Shown here one piece after another: positions 1 through 9,585 of a stretch of 64,000 nucleotides of DNA. This DNA comes from Candidatus Jacksonbacteria bacterium RIFOXYB2_FULL_44_15 (GTDB lineage Bacteria; Patescibacteriota; Patescibacteriia; UBA9629), in contig MHJY01000010.1 in NCBI GenBank assembly GCA_001818235.1, forward strand, positions 17,609-81,608. The letters run 5' to 3'. Position 1 is the first letter of the stretch, and each line of letters starts with the position of its first letter. The notes beneath the pieces were generated by a model, which was given only the letters and a program-made list of their open reading frames with translations, did no database searches and was not told the DNA's origin. The position numbers and the translations under genes are program-made.

Positions 1-1
1 T

Positions 2-109
2 GGGAGAATGGTGAAAAATCAAATCCACCGTCGCGCTGACATTATCAACGCCTACAAACTGATGATGACTGTTGCAAACTGCAAAAGTCAGCCGTCGGTG
101 GAATCTTAA
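2..109 (+). CDS. Possible 3' end of a gene entering from the left edge (GRMVKNQIHRRADIINAYKLMMTVANCKSQPSVES*)
   Basis: Open frame from the window edge to TAA at 107-109; no diagnostic motif. Confidence 0.3.
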   Translation, partial: GRMVKNQIHRRADIINAYKLMMTVANCKSQPSVES

Positions 110-139
110 ATAGTAAAAAAAATGGACAGAAAAAGGATA

Positions 140-480
140 CGTGAATGTTTTGGACAAACAAACACGTTTCCTTCTCCAAAATCATCTCTAATTCGACCAG
201 TGAGTCGAAGAACTATTGCATAGATTCCTGCTTTCGCGGGAATGACAAAATCCAGTTAAAGAGACGATTTTAGAGAAGGAACATAAACATGCGCCTTCAA
301 TTAATCCGCTTAAGTGGCACGCCCCGTCAGACTATCCAGTTTGACGGGGCACAAGTCAGGGAAAAAACTATAATCCCTGATCTCCCCTAAAAAGTGAGCG
401 GGGATTTTAGCACCATCCTCTCTCCGAAAATGGCGACTTTCCTGGCCGCCATCCAAGCGGATTAATCGAGGGCGACACCA
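140..480. ncRNA. Unassigned structured non-coding region (long hairpin plus a multibranch domain)
   Basis: 168-188 pairs with 260-281; 300-311 ATTAATCCGCTT pairs with 455-466; internal hairpins at 321-350, 356-380 and 430-452. Confidence 0.4.
210..247. repeat. REP-like palindromic element, half copy (GTCATTCCCGCGAAAGC(A/G)GGAATC family)
   Basis: Reverse complement nearly matches 11889-11927; related to 51844-51934. Confidence 0.8.
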
Positions 481-482
481 AT

Positions 483-510
483 AAAAAAATCCCATCATCG
501 GGATTTTTTT
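483..510. terminator. Bidirectional intrinsic terminator
   Basis: AAAAAAATCCC-atcatc-GGGATTTTTTT, downstream of hicA. Confidence 0.75.
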
Positions 511-530
511 GATTTTGCTACGACGTAAAA

Positions 531-755
531 CTATTTTAATCGATTAAATTCAGCAACGGTTAAGCGCATGTCTTTAATGATTTCACTGAGCAACCCTTTG
601 CCAATATCTTCACCATAGTGCATCGGCACAACCGTAGTTCTGCCATCTAAATGTTCAAAAAAAGCATGGCTCCCTTTTTGATGAATCAGTTGGAAACCAA
701 GCTTAATGAGGATTTTGACCAATTTTCTGGTATTAATCGGCGATAGCGTGCTCAT
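531..755 (-). CDS. hicA: HicA-family toxin (mRNA interferase)
   Basis: 74 aa; GFxxxHQKGSH, TTVVPMH and 'IGKGLLSEIIKD' HicA signatures. Confidence 0.9.
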   Translation of the reverse strand: MSTLSPINTRKLVKILIKLGFQLIHQKGSHAFFEHLDGRTTVVPMHYGEDIGKGLLSEIIKDMRLTVAEFNRLK

Positions 756-985
756 ACACTAACGGCTAAATCTTGCCAAGCAACAAATTTGGGTTGGATT
801 AATTCCAATTTCTCGCGCTTCTTTTTGAGAACCTCCAGACATAAACTAATTGCTTCTTGCATCCGTTTGATAACGAGATCATAACTTTTGGCCTGGGTAT
901 GACAACCCGGTAAAGCTGGGCATTTGGCCACATAAATACCGTCTCCGTTTTGTTCAATTGTAATGCGAAAATTATAGGTTTTCAT
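752..985 (-). CDS. hicB: HicB-family antitoxin, short form without DNA-binding domain
   Basis: YVAKCPALPGCHTQA motif; overlaps the hicA start; start chosen just downstream of the promoter. Confidence 0.85.
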   Translation of the reverse strand: MKTYNFRITIEQNGDGIYVAKCPALPGCHTQAKSYDLVIKRMQEAISLCLEVLKKKREKLELIQPKFVAWQDLAVSV

Positions 986-995
986 ATGCATTGGC

Positions 996-1024
996 ATTAT
1001 AAACAACCGGATTTATTGTGTCAA
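996..1024 (-). promoter_or_regulatory. Sigma70 promoter for hicB-hicA (near-leaderless)
   Basis: TTGACA-17 nt-TATAAT on the minus strand. Confidence 0.75.
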
Positions 1025-1039
1025 ATAATGGAAATTCCA

Positions 1040-1117
1040 CTCCCACCTCCCCTTTACCCGCCAAAGTTTTTGCTAAAAATTTAGGCGGGTGAAACCCCTC
1101 CTCCGGCAGGAGGGGAA
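1040..1117. repeat. Nested palindromic elements (CCCCTCC..GGAGGGG type containing a CCCGCC..GGCGGG insert)
   Basis: Inverted repeats visible; related sequence at 10630-10663. Confidence 0.6.
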
Positions 1118-1152
1118 CTGAAAGTAAAAATGAAAATTAAAAATTTTCGTCC

Positions 1153-2364
1153 CTACCTCCCCACCACAATCATCGCTTTCCCCTCGCGCCCGGTAAAAGG
1201 CAGATCAGCGCCGGAAGGATAATCGCGAATTGACTCGAAAAAATTATCGTAATCATAGCGAAAGCCGGCGCCGCGACGGGTGCCGGAATCATTGGTAATA
1301 AATTCCTGGGTTGAATCATCATAACCGATAATCAGAATCATATGCCGCTCCGGACCTGGGGCAGTGTAATTAGGATTACGCAATATTTGGCCGTTCATCG
1401 GCGTAATAACTAAAGAGCCCTCAGCTAATTTTTTTTTGATTGCCTCAATGCTGACATCAGTTGCAACTTTGACGTTGGCTACCTGATAATAATCTTTTAG
1501 CAACTGCGCCGTATCAACTGCATTAGTATCTTGATAATAACCGAACTTCTCTTCTTGATATTTAGATAAAGCTAAAATTTCGGTTAACGCTTCCTCCAAA
1601 TTTAAGCCCTGGTTTTTAACCCAGCGCGCGGCCATCAGAATTGATGCTTCCTCACAACCATCCTGCTCGCGCGGATCAGCCCAGTTGCCAAACGGCGCTT
1701 GCGAAGTAAAAGAAACGGTAAATTTGACAGTGGCTGGGGCTGGAGATTCTGGTTTTAAAATAGTGGTCGCCTCGTCAGTCGCTAATGGCACATCCGGCGC
1801 TATCGGAAGTTTGATGTCCGGAACAAGCTCAACTAAAGGCGGCAGATATCCGCAATTAGGATCATCGCAAAAAATAAAATTATCACCGAGTTCAAGTTCG
1901 TGCGACGCCACCCAACCCGCATTAACCTCTAACGCGTAACGCGCCGGCATTCGCGGACGATACGAATTTTTCGGCTGGAGGCCTTCTGGCGCGACATCCG
2001 TAGCCAGATCAACCACCTGCCGATTATGATCAAACCAGATAATATCTAATGGGAAATTCATTTCCTTCATCCAGAAAGAGTGGTAATCAGACGCTGGAAA
2101 AATAAATAGCATGCCTTCGTTAGAAATCAAAGACTGGCGTCGCGAAAGCCCCAAAGTTCGCGCTTCGTTGGTATCAGCAAGCTCAGCGATTAAAATGGTA
2201 TTTTTGACTTTAAGCAGTTGATAAACCGGCTCTTGAGGTTGATTTTTTGATATTTTCGATGGCTCAGCTTGAGGTTGCCAGGCCAAGCAAATACCACCAA
2301 TCAATAAAAAAAACAAAATCCCACCAGCCGCCCAAATTAATTTTCGTTTGATTTGCAGAGTCAT
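1153..2364 (-). CDS. Membrane-anchored DUF192 + C39-like cysteine peptidase fusion
   Basis: N-terminal TM; DUF192 motifs (GLSRR, GMLFIF, FWMKEMNFPLDII, ALEVNAG); C39-like QAP..GCEEAS, HMILIIGYD, ND. Confidence 0.8.
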   Translation of the reverse strand: MTLQIKRKLIWAAGGILFFLLIGGICLAWQPQAEPSKISKNQPQEPVYQLLKVKNTILIAELADTNEARTLGLSRRQSLISNEGMLFIFPASDYHSFWMKEMNFPLDIIWFDHNRQVVDLATDVAPEGLQPKNSYRPRMPARYALEVNAGWVASHELELGDNFIFCDDPNCGYLPPLVELVPDIKLPIAPDVPLATDEATTILKPESPAPATVKFTVSFTSQAPFGNWADPREQDGCEEASILMAARWVKNQGLNLEEALTEILALSKYQEEKFGYYQDTNAVDTAQLLKDYYQVANVKVATDVSIEAIKKKLAEGSLVITPMNGQILRNPNYTAPGPERHMILIIGYDDSTQEFITNDSGTRRGAGFRYDYDNFFESIRDYPSGADLPFTGREGKAMIVVGR

Positions 2365-2519
2365 AACTATAATCTAGCACGCGATTGCTGATTTGTCTAA
2401 AAAATGATATGATAAAAAAGTTAAAAACTGCCAGAATAAAATACCTGCGAAGTATTCTTTTTGGTATTAATTGATTACTATTATAGATAGACTGTCCGAA
2501 AATTAACAAAGCACTAGTT

Positions 2520-2600
2520 TGTCATCCCGAGCTTGCCGAGGGATCTCTTATTTAAGGCACGAATATAGAAAGGGATTCCTCGCTAACGCTCGGAATGACA
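2520..2600. repeat. REP-like palindromic element, full copy
   Basis: TGTCATCCCGAGC...GCTCGGAATGACA terminal inverted repeats; copies at 20803, 24952 and 60473. Confidence 0.85.
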
Positions 2601-2646
2601 GTTCTTGGACAGTTTATGACAAAGACATACTACACTTTATATTACT

Positions 2647-4602
2647 ATGCATTTCCAGCATCCACCCAGCAAAAAATTAATCATCATCACCGCAATAATC
2701 GTTATCATTTTAAGTTTGATTTTACTTAAAGTTTTTTATTTAGACCCAAATAAACCGCTGGTCTATGAATTTACGACAGTTAATAAGGTTGATTTAACCC
2801 AAGAGGTCAGTGTTACCGGCACAATTGTTCCGAAAGACTCGGCTGATCTGTCTTTCGAAATAACCGGAAAAGTAAAAGGAATTTACGCGGCTGTGGGCGA
2901 TTCGGTTACCGCTGGGCAAGTGCTCATTAAATTAGACACAACCGAACTGGACGCCAAACTCGCGCAAGCGCAGGCGGCCGTGGATACCAGCTTGGCTGAT
3001 GCCTCAAAAGCGGAAACGCAAATTCAAAGCAGTCAGCTGGGGCTCAAAGAACAACAAGCGAAAATTGACAGCGCCCGCGCCCTCCTAGCGCAATATCAAG
3101 CTGGTTTGGAAAAAGAACAAGTCAAATTGGTCGAAATTAAAAAAGGCGCGCGATCAGAACAATTACAAGTGGCCCAAACTAAAGTCATCAATGCGCAAAA
3201 TAATTTAATTGACGCGCAAACTAATCTGGCTAACGTTAAAAACAAAGCCACTAACGATCTGGTGAGCCTTTATGATGACGTTTCGGATACGATTTATGCC
3301 AGTTACACCAAAGCTGATGACGCCATTAACAAACAGATTACTGATCTCTGGAATAAAAGCGGCACCACTTATGAATTAAGTTACAGCACCTCTGACCTGC
3401 AAGCAAAATCTGACGTCGAACGGCAATACTCCGGCATTAAAGACGAAGTCGCCGCCTGGAAACAAGAAATTGATGGTCTCTCAGCAACCTCAACCAACGA
3501 AAATTGGGATCGCGCCTTGGAAAAATCGCGCAATCATTTAGTTAATGTCCGTGATTTTTTAATCCGCCAAATGGACACTCTAAACGCCGGGATTGATAAC
3601 GCATCAGCCAGTAAAACTACTTTAAATACCTACCGAACGAGCGTCGTGACCGCCCGAACGAACATTAATACCGAACTCACCGCGATTACGACCGCGCAAC
3701 AAGGAATTGCCAGCCAAAAAATTACCAATCAAAATAATATCAGTACTGCCTCTGGAGCAGTGAACACCGCGCAAAATGCGTTGGATTTGGCTAAGAATGA
3801 ACAACAACTAACCGCGATCCAGGCTTCGCCGGAAGAAATCGCCGGACAAGAAGCCGCAGTCAGGCAAGCCGCGGCCAACGTCACCAGCCAAAAAGCAATT
3901 CTCGCACAAGCGCAAGCAGGTCTGGACACTCAACGGTCGCAGATAGACCAAACCCGGGCCGGGGCAACATCTGCTCAAGCCGGAGTTAAACAGGCGCAGG
4001 CTAATTTGCAAAACGCCCAAGCCCAACTTGCCAAAGCCACAATCACCGCTCCGATACCCGGAATCATCACCAAGCAAGACACTAAAGTCGGAGAGATTGT
4101 CAGTGCTCAAAAAAACATTATCTCGCTATTAAATCCGCAGGAATACAAAATCGAAACGAACATTCCGGAAGCAGACACCGCCAAAATTAAAATTGGCGAC
4201 ACTGCGGCCGTCACCCTTGATGCCTATGGTGATGACGTGAAATTTTCCGCCCAGGTCACTAAAATTGATCCGGCCGAAACAGTCATCGAAGGCGTCTCGA
4301 CTTATAAAACCACCCTTAAGCTGAATCAAAAAGATGAGCGGATTAAATCCGGCTTAACCGCCAATGTTGATATCCTGACCGCCCAGCGTAGCCAAGTGCT
4401 CGCCATTGTGCAACGCGCAGTAATTAACAAAGACGGCAATAAATTCGTGCAGATTATTGTTATTGACCCTCAAACGAACAGGGAAACGATGAAAGAAGTT
4501 CCGGTTAAAACCGGATTGCGCGGCTCAGACGGGAATATCGAAATTACTGAAGGGTTAGCTGAAGGCGACAAAGTAATAGTTTACACCAAAGAAAATCCTT
4601 AG
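2647..4602 (+). CDS. Efflux membrane-fusion (MacA/HlyD-like) protein with very long coiled coil
   Basis: N-terminal TM; lipoyl half motifs (GDSVTAGQVL, ITAPIPGII, VGEIV); C-terminal EITEGLAEGDKV. Confidence 0.85.
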   Translation: MHFQHPPSKKLIIITAIIVIILSLILLKVFYLDPNKPLVYEFTTVNKVDLTQEVSVTGTIVPKDSADLSFEITGKVKGIYAAVGDSVTAGQVLIKLDTTELDAKLAQAQAAVDTSLADASKAETQIQSSQLGLKEQQAKIDSARALLAQYQAGLEKEQVKLVEIKKGARSEQLQVAQTKVINAQNNLIDAQTNLANVKNKATNDLVSLYDDVSDTIYASYTKADDAINKQITDLWNKSGTTYELSYSTSDLQAKSDVERQYSGIKDEVAAWKQEIDGLSATSTNENWDRALEKSRNHLVNVRDFLIRQMDTLNAGIDNASASKTTLNTYRTSVVTARTNINTELTAITTAQQGIASQKITNQNNISTASGAVNTAQNALDLAKNEQQLTAIQASPEEIAGQEAAVRQAAANVTSQKAILAQAQAGLDTQRSQIDQTRAGATSAQAGVKQAQANLQNAQAQLAKATITAPIPGIITKQDTKVGEIVSAQKNIISLLNPQEYKIETNIPEADTAKIKIGDTAAVTLDAYGDDVKFSAQVTKIDPAETVIEGVSTYKTTLKLNQKDERIKSGLTANVDILTAQRSQVLAIVQRAVINKDGNKFVQIIVIDPQTNRETMKEVPVKTGLRGSDGNIEITEGLAEGDKVIVYTKENP

Positions 4603-4605
4603 GCT

Positions 4606-5289
4606 ATGCCTCTAATTAAATTAACCAAGCTCGAAAAAACTTATTACACCGGCGGCGTGGAGACGCCGGTTTTGTGTCAGGTTTCTTTTTCCATTGAGAA
4701 AGGCGAATTTGTGGCGATTATGGGCCCTTCGGGCTCCGGCAAATCAACGCTCTTGCATATCCTTGGTTTTCTCGATCGTCACACTGCCGGCGAATATCGG
4801 TTTGACGGCAAAACGATTGATGATCTTTCTCCCGACGAAATCGCCCACGTCCGCAATCAAAAAATGGGCTTTGTTTTTCAGTCTTTTAATTTATTACCGC
4901 GTACCAGTGTTCTTGATAATATTAAACTGCCACTGCTCTACTCTGATATCCCGGAAAAAAAATGGACAACGCTGGCCAGCGCCGCCGCCAAAGCCGTGGG
5001 TTTAAGCCATCGCTTGAATTTCCAGCCAGCCCAGCTTTCAGGCGGAGAAAAACAGCGCGTTGCGATTGCCCGCGCCTTAATCAACAAACCAGAGGTTATT
5101 TTTGCTGATGAGCCTACCGGCAATCTGGACACCAAAACCAGCGAGCAAATCATGCAACTTTTTCAAAACTTAAACGAGGAAAAACACACGATTGTGTTAA
5201 TCACTCACGAGCCGGATATCGCCAAACACGCCCGGCGCATTCTTTACATCAGGGACGGCCAACTCGCCAAAGACGAAAAAATTAGTTGA
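4606..5289 (+). CDS. ABC transporter ATP-binding protein (MacB/LolD-like)
   Basis: [31 protein letters not shown]. Confidence 0.95.
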   Translation: MPLIKLTKLEKTYYTGGVETPVLCQVSFSIEKGEFVAIMGPSGSGKSTLLHILGFLDRHTAGEYRFDGKTIDDLSPDEIAHVRNQKMGFVFQSFNLLPRTSVLDNIKLPLLYSDIPEKKWTTLASAAAKAVGLSHRLNFQPAQLSGGEKQRVAIARALINKPEVIFADEPTGNLDTKTSEQIMQLFQNLNEEKHTIVLITHEPDIAKHARRILYIRDGQLAKDEKIS

Positions 5290-6530
5290 ATATGACCATT
5301 AAGCATACCATTAAAACATCTTTTAACGGCTTAAGCGTTAATAAATCGCGGACTCTGCTGACGCTTTTGGGGATAGTTATAGGCATCACTTCCATTATTT
5401 TAGTGATGTCTGTAGGCGCCGGCGCGCAGTCGGCCATCTTGGGCCAGTTTAAAGGTTTAGGCTCGCGGACAATTTCAATTGAACCTGGCCGGATGCCGGA
5501 AGGCCCTTCGGACATGGCGGAAATTTACACTGACTCACTCAAAAAACGGGAACTCGTTGCTCTGCAGGACAAGGGTAATGTTCCCGGATTGGTAAATCTT
5601 ACGCCACTCGTGATGTTACCGGCCACGCTGGCCTATCAAAACGAAACGTACCGCGCCAACGTTATCGGCGGCTCGCCCTTGATCGCGGATATTCTTGATA
5701 TTCAGCCGGAGACCGGAAATTTTTTTACCGAGGATGACGTAAAATTACGGTCTTCGGTCACAATTATCGGTTCCAAAATTAAGGATGAACTTTTTGGCGC
5801 CAGTGACGCGATTGGCCAAAAAATTAAAATAAAAGGCCGGACTTTTCGCATAATTGGCGTAATCGCACCCAAAGGGCAAGTGATGATGCTTGAAGTCGAC
5901 AAAATGGCGCTCGTGCCTTATACCACTGCCCAACAATATCTCTTGGGAATTGATTATTTCCAAGATATCATGGCCCAAGCCGAAAGCGAAGAAGCAGCTC
6001 CGGCCGCGGTTAGAGATATCGAACAAACACTTCGAACTTTACATAACATTACTGATCCAAAAAAAGACGATTTTCACATTGTTACCCAGGCCGTGGTGGT
6101 AGAGCGGGTCGGAATTATTACTGGTATTTTGACGGTGCTTCTGGTATCAGTCGCCGCCGTATCTTTAGTCGTGGGCGGAATCGGCATCATGAACATCATG
6201 CTTGTATCGGTGACTGAACGAACCCGGGAAATTGGCCTGCGCAAGGCGCTTGGCGCGACTGACCAAGATATTTTAAGCCAATTTTTAACCGAAGCGATGA
6301 TGATGACGGTGCTCGGCGGTTTACTGGGGATCGGATTCGGAGCAGGATTTTCGCTGATTGCGGCCTCAATCTTAAATAAAGTAACTGCCTTGGCTTGGCC
6401 ATTTACTTTCCCGATCTCAGCCGCCATGCTGGGAATTGGGGTGGCGACATTTATCGGCCTGGTATTCGGGCTCTACCCGGCGCGTCTGGCATCCCAAAAA
6501 AGCCCAATAGAAGCCTTAAGATACGAATAA
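5286..6530 (+). CDS. ABC transporter permease (MacB-PCD/FtsX)
   Basis: GGIGIMNIMLVSVTERTREIGLRKALGA; PIEALRYE C-terminus. Confidence 0.95.
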   Translation: MNMTIKHTIKTSFNGLSVNKSRTLLTLLGIVIGITSIILVMSVGAGAQSAILGQFKGLGSRTISIEPGRMPEGPSDMAEIYTDSLKKRELVALQDKGNVPGLVNLTPLVMLPATLAYQNETYRANVIGGSPLIADILDIQPETGNFFTEDDVKLRSSVTIIGSKIKDELFGASDAIGQKIKIKGRTFRIIGVIAPKGQVMMLEVDKMALVPYTTAQQYLLGIDYFQDIMAQAESEEAAPAAVRDIEQTLRTLHNITDPKKDDFHIVTQAVVVERVGIITGILTVLLVSVAAVSLVVGGIGIMNIMLVSVTERTREIGLRKALGATDQDILSQFLTEAMMMTVLGGLLGIGFGAGFSLIAASILNKVTALAWPFTFPISAAMLGIGVATFIGLVFGLYPARLASQKSPIEALRYE

Positions 6531-6590
6531 TTTTATTGACGCCCCGGCCCATTTCTGCTATGGTAATTTAAACGATAATCACTAAAATTT

Positions 6591-6740
6591 ATGTCAACAC
6601 AAAAACAACAGCATTCTCACGCCGCTACAGGCAAAGGGCGCTCACATCTTGCCCTTAAAAAAAAGACGCTGACCACCTGCCCGCACTGTAAAGAGGCAAA
6701 ATTACCTCATCATCTGTGTCCCAAGTGTCAAAAATACTAA
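6591..6740 (+). CDS. rpmF: 50S ribosomal protein L32 (absent from the ORF track)
   Basis: MSTQKQQHSHAATGKGRSHLALKKKTLTTCPHCKEAKLPHHLCPKCQKY; zinc-ribbon CxxC..CxxC; upstream of nusB-rnc. Confidence 0.9.
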   Translation: MSTQKQQHSHAATGKGRSHLALKKKTLTTCPHCKEAKLPHHLCPKCQKY

Positions 6741-6745
6741 TTAAA

Positions 6746-7198
6746 ATGTCTAATCGTCACTTATCGCGCGCTTTAACTTTGCAAAGTTTATTCATGTGGG
6801 ATTTTAATGAGGAGGATGCTTCTTACTTGGATTTTTATATTGATTACAACTTGCAAAAATTTGGTTTAAAAAATTGCGATCGCGAATTTATCGACTACTT
6901 AACTAAAAGCGTCGTTGGTAACCGCGTCAGTTTAGACGAAATGATCAACCGCTACACTAAAGAATGGCCGGTCGACCGGCTTACGCTTGTTGACCGCAAC
7001 ATCTTACGGATGGCCATTTTTGAGATGTTCAATTCAGCTGAGGTGCCGACTAAAGTCGCGTTAAACGAAGGGGTAGAACTCGCTAAAGAATATGGCGGCT
7101 CATCCTCCCAAAAATTCGTGAGCGGCGTTTTAGGAACGCTTTACGAAGAGCATTTTAAAAACAAAGCTTCTTCTGACCCATTGGATAATACTCAGTAA
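6746..7198 (+). CDS. nusB: Transcription antitermination factor NusB
   Basis: RHLSR..LQ, WPVDRLTLVDRNILR, ALNEGVELAKEYG..KFVSGVLG; ATG at 6746. Confidence 0.93.
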   Translation: MSNRHLSRALTLQSLFMWDFNEEDASYLDFYIDYNLQKFGLKNCDREFIDYLTKSVVGNRVSLDEMINRYTKEWPVDRLTLVDRNILRMAIFEMFNSAEVPTKVALNEGVELAKEYGGSSSQKFVSGVLGTLYEEHFKNKASSDPLDNTQ

Positions 7199-7211
7199 AA
7201 AAACTCATCTT

Positions 7212-7910
7212 ATGGAAAAAGATTTATCGCCACTCGAAAATAAACTTCGGGTTAGATTTAATAACCATAACTTTTTAAGACAATCCCTAGTTCATAAATC
7301 CTACATCAACGAAAATCCGTCCTTTACTCTCGACCACAACGAACGACTGGAATTTTTGGGTGACGCGGTCCTAGAGCTAATCGTTACCGAATACTTGTTT
7401 AAGCATTATCCGCGAACGCCGGAAGGGGAAATGACTAATTGGCGCGCCGCGCTCGTCAACTCGACTATGCTGGCGCAACTGGCCGAAGAGTTTAATCTTT
7501 ATAAATATCTTTATCTTAGCAAAGGCGAAAAAAAAGACCAAAACCCCAAAGCAAAGCAATATATTTTAGCCAATGCTTTCGAAGCGCTGATTGGCGCCCT
7601 CTACCTGGACCAAGGGCTCGATACTGCCAAAGATTTTATTATCAAAAATATCGTTTCAAAATTAGCGAACATTCTTAAAAACAAACTGTATCTTGACCCC
7701 AAAACTCGTTTTCAAGAAAGCGCTCAAGAACAAGAAACCGTTACCCCAACCTATAAAGTCTTAAAAGAGGAAGGCCCAGATCATGCCAAAACATTCACTA
7801 TCGGCGTGTATTTAAAAGACGAATTAGTGGCTATAGGACAAGGGCTATCCAAACAAGAAGCCCAAGTCGAAGCCGCCTTAAAAGCTCTCCAAGTAAAAAA
7901 ATGGGAATAA
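7212..7910 (+). CDS. rnc: Ribonuclease III
   Basis: HNERLEFLGDAVL signature; C-terminal dsRBD. Confidence 0.97.
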   Translation: MEKDLSPLENKLRVRFNNHNFLRQSLVHKSYINENPSFTLDHNERLEFLGDAVLELIVTEYLFKHYPRTPEGEMTNWRAALVNSTMLAQLAEEFNLYKYLYLSKGEKKDQNPKAKQYILANAFEALIGALYLDQGLDTAKDFIIKNIVSKLANILKNKLYLDPKTRFQESAQEQETVTPTYKVLKEEGPDHAKTFTIGVYLKDELVAIGQGLSKQEAQVEAALKALQVKKWE

Positions 7911-9574
7911 CTGCCCCTTTACCCACAATCACCGACGAAGATACGGCGTCCGCTTTAGGTAAAAAATTAACCGAAATCGCCCGGCACGAAAAAGAATCAG
8001 AAATTAAACGCGAGGCCGAAAGCCTTGGTTTAGAATTTGTTAAACTGATGGGCAAACACATCCCGCCGGACGTTATTTCTATAATTCCCAAAAACCAAGC
8101 GGAAAAAAACAAAGTCCTGATTTATTTTAAAGACATCAGCGTTATCCGTCTGGCGGCGATCGAACCGTTGGACAAAAACGTCCAAAAAATTGCTCAAGAA
8201 CTTTCCGAAGAATACGATCGCCCGGTTAAGATTGATATTACAACCCAAGAAAATTTTGATGTCGCGCTGAAAGAATACGAAAACGTGAGGCAAATGTTAA
8301 TTTTAGGGACGATTGATATTGATGAATCAGCCATTTCCCAAATTGGCACCCAAATCAACGACTACCGCCAAATTGGCACCAAAGCCCACCAAACCACTAC
8401 CAGCGAATTTTTAAATATGATTTTGAGCGCCGCCCTGCGCATCAACGCCTCTGATGTCCACTTTCAGCCGGAAGAGGTTGATGTTAAAGTCCGTTTCCGG
8501 GTAGACGGCGTTTTGCATGATTTGTTTAGTTTGGAAACAAACATTTACCTTCAAATCAAAAAAAGAATCAAGCTGATCGGCAAACTAAAAATAAACATCG
8601 AAAACAAACCGCAAGACGGGGCATTGGTCTTAAACTCGAAAAATAAAAAAATCGACCTTCGTCTTTCCGCTTTACCGACGCACTATGGAGAAAGCCTGGT
8701 GATCCGGCTATTAAATCCAGACGCGATCCAGTTGGAGTTTAGCGCGCTGGGCATTCATGGCCGGGCACTGCACCTGATGCAAGAAAAAATCATTAGATCC
8801 AGCGGCATGATTTTAGCCTGCGGCCCGACCGGTAGCGGCAAAACCACTACCCTCTACACAATTTTAAAAAAATTAAACCGAGAAGACACCCAAATCATCA
8901 CCTTAGAAAATCCAATCGAATACAAGCTGGAGGGGATTCTTCAGACGCAGATTGATGATAATTTATCTTTCGCGCAAGGTCTAAAAACGGTCCTCCGGCA
9001 AGACCCTAATATTATTATGGTTGGAGAAATTCGCGATTTGGAAACCGCGGAAACGGCCATCAGCGCCGCCTTAACCGGCCATTTGGTAGTTACCACGCTC
9101 CATACCAATAACGCCGCCGGCGCCATTCCCAGATTTCTGGCCATGGGTGCCAAAGGTTTTATGCTGGCGCCATCTTTAAATTTGATTATCGCCCAAAGGC
9201 TGACGCGCCGCCTTTGCCCTGATTGCAAGGCCCCGACCACCTTGCCTCCGGAACTAAGCGCCAGGGTAAAATCAGAACTGTCCCAGATTCCCGAAGAGGA
9301 TCTGGGCGAGATAAATTTAAATGATTTGCATTTTTTTAAAGCGGTTGGTTGCCCCAAATGCAGCGGTCTCGGACTCCAAGGCCGTATTGGCCTGTTTGAA
9401 CTTTTGGATATTTCCGAAAAATTGATCGCCAGTATCGAAAGCGCCGCTTTAACCGAAACCGCGATTGTCCAGATCTCTCGGGAGCAAAAAATGGTCACCA
9501 TGCTCCATGACGGTTTTCTCAAAGCGGCTATGGGAATTACCAGCGTGGAAGAAATTTTGCGGGTCGCTGATTAA
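7901..9574 (+). CDS. GspE/PilB type IV pilus assembly ATPase
   Basis: ASDVHFQP, GPTGSGKTTT, LRQDPNIIMVGEIRD, TGHLVVTTLH, CxxC..CxxC. Confidence 0.93.
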   Translation: MGITAPLPTITDEDTASALGKKLTEIARHEKESEIKREAESLGLEFVKLMGKHIPPDVISIIPKNQAEKNKVLIYFKDISVIRLAAIEPLDKNVQKIAQELSEEYDRPVKIDITTQENFDVALKEYENVRQMLILGTIDIDESAISQIGTQINDYRQIGTKAHQTTTSEFLNMILSAALRINASDVHFQPEEVDVKVRFRVDGVLHDLFSLETNIYLQIKKRIKLIGKLKINIENKPQDGALVLNSKNKKIDLRLSALPTHYGESLVIRLLNPDAIQLEFSALGIHGRALHLMQEKIIRSSGMILACGPTGSGKTTTLYTILKKLNREDTQIITLENPIEYKLEGILQTQIDDNLSFAQGLKTVLRQDPNIIMVGEIRDLETAETAISAALTGHLVVTTLHTNNAAGAIPRFLAMGAKGFMLAPSLNLIIAQRLTRRLCPDCKAPTTLPPELSARVKSELSQIPEEDLGEINLNDLHFFKAVGCPKCSGLGLQGRIGLFELLDISEKLIASIESAALTETAIVQISREQKMVTMLHDGFLKAAMGITSVEEILRVAD

Positions 9575-9585
9575 TTCACATATTC

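Noticed and set aside
2-109. Left-edge ORF as a TnpB/Cas12 C-terminus (RADIINA resembles ADxNAA)
   Set aside because: The spacing does not match the RuvC-III motif and only 35 residues are visible; the previous window is needed
310-498. 62-aa minus-strand ORF
   Set aside because: It starts inside a terminator hairpin, has no motif and overlaps a structured region
6716-6745. Extended GTG start for nusB
   Set aside because: It overlaps the real rpmF 3' end; ATG 6746 gives the normal NusB N-terminus
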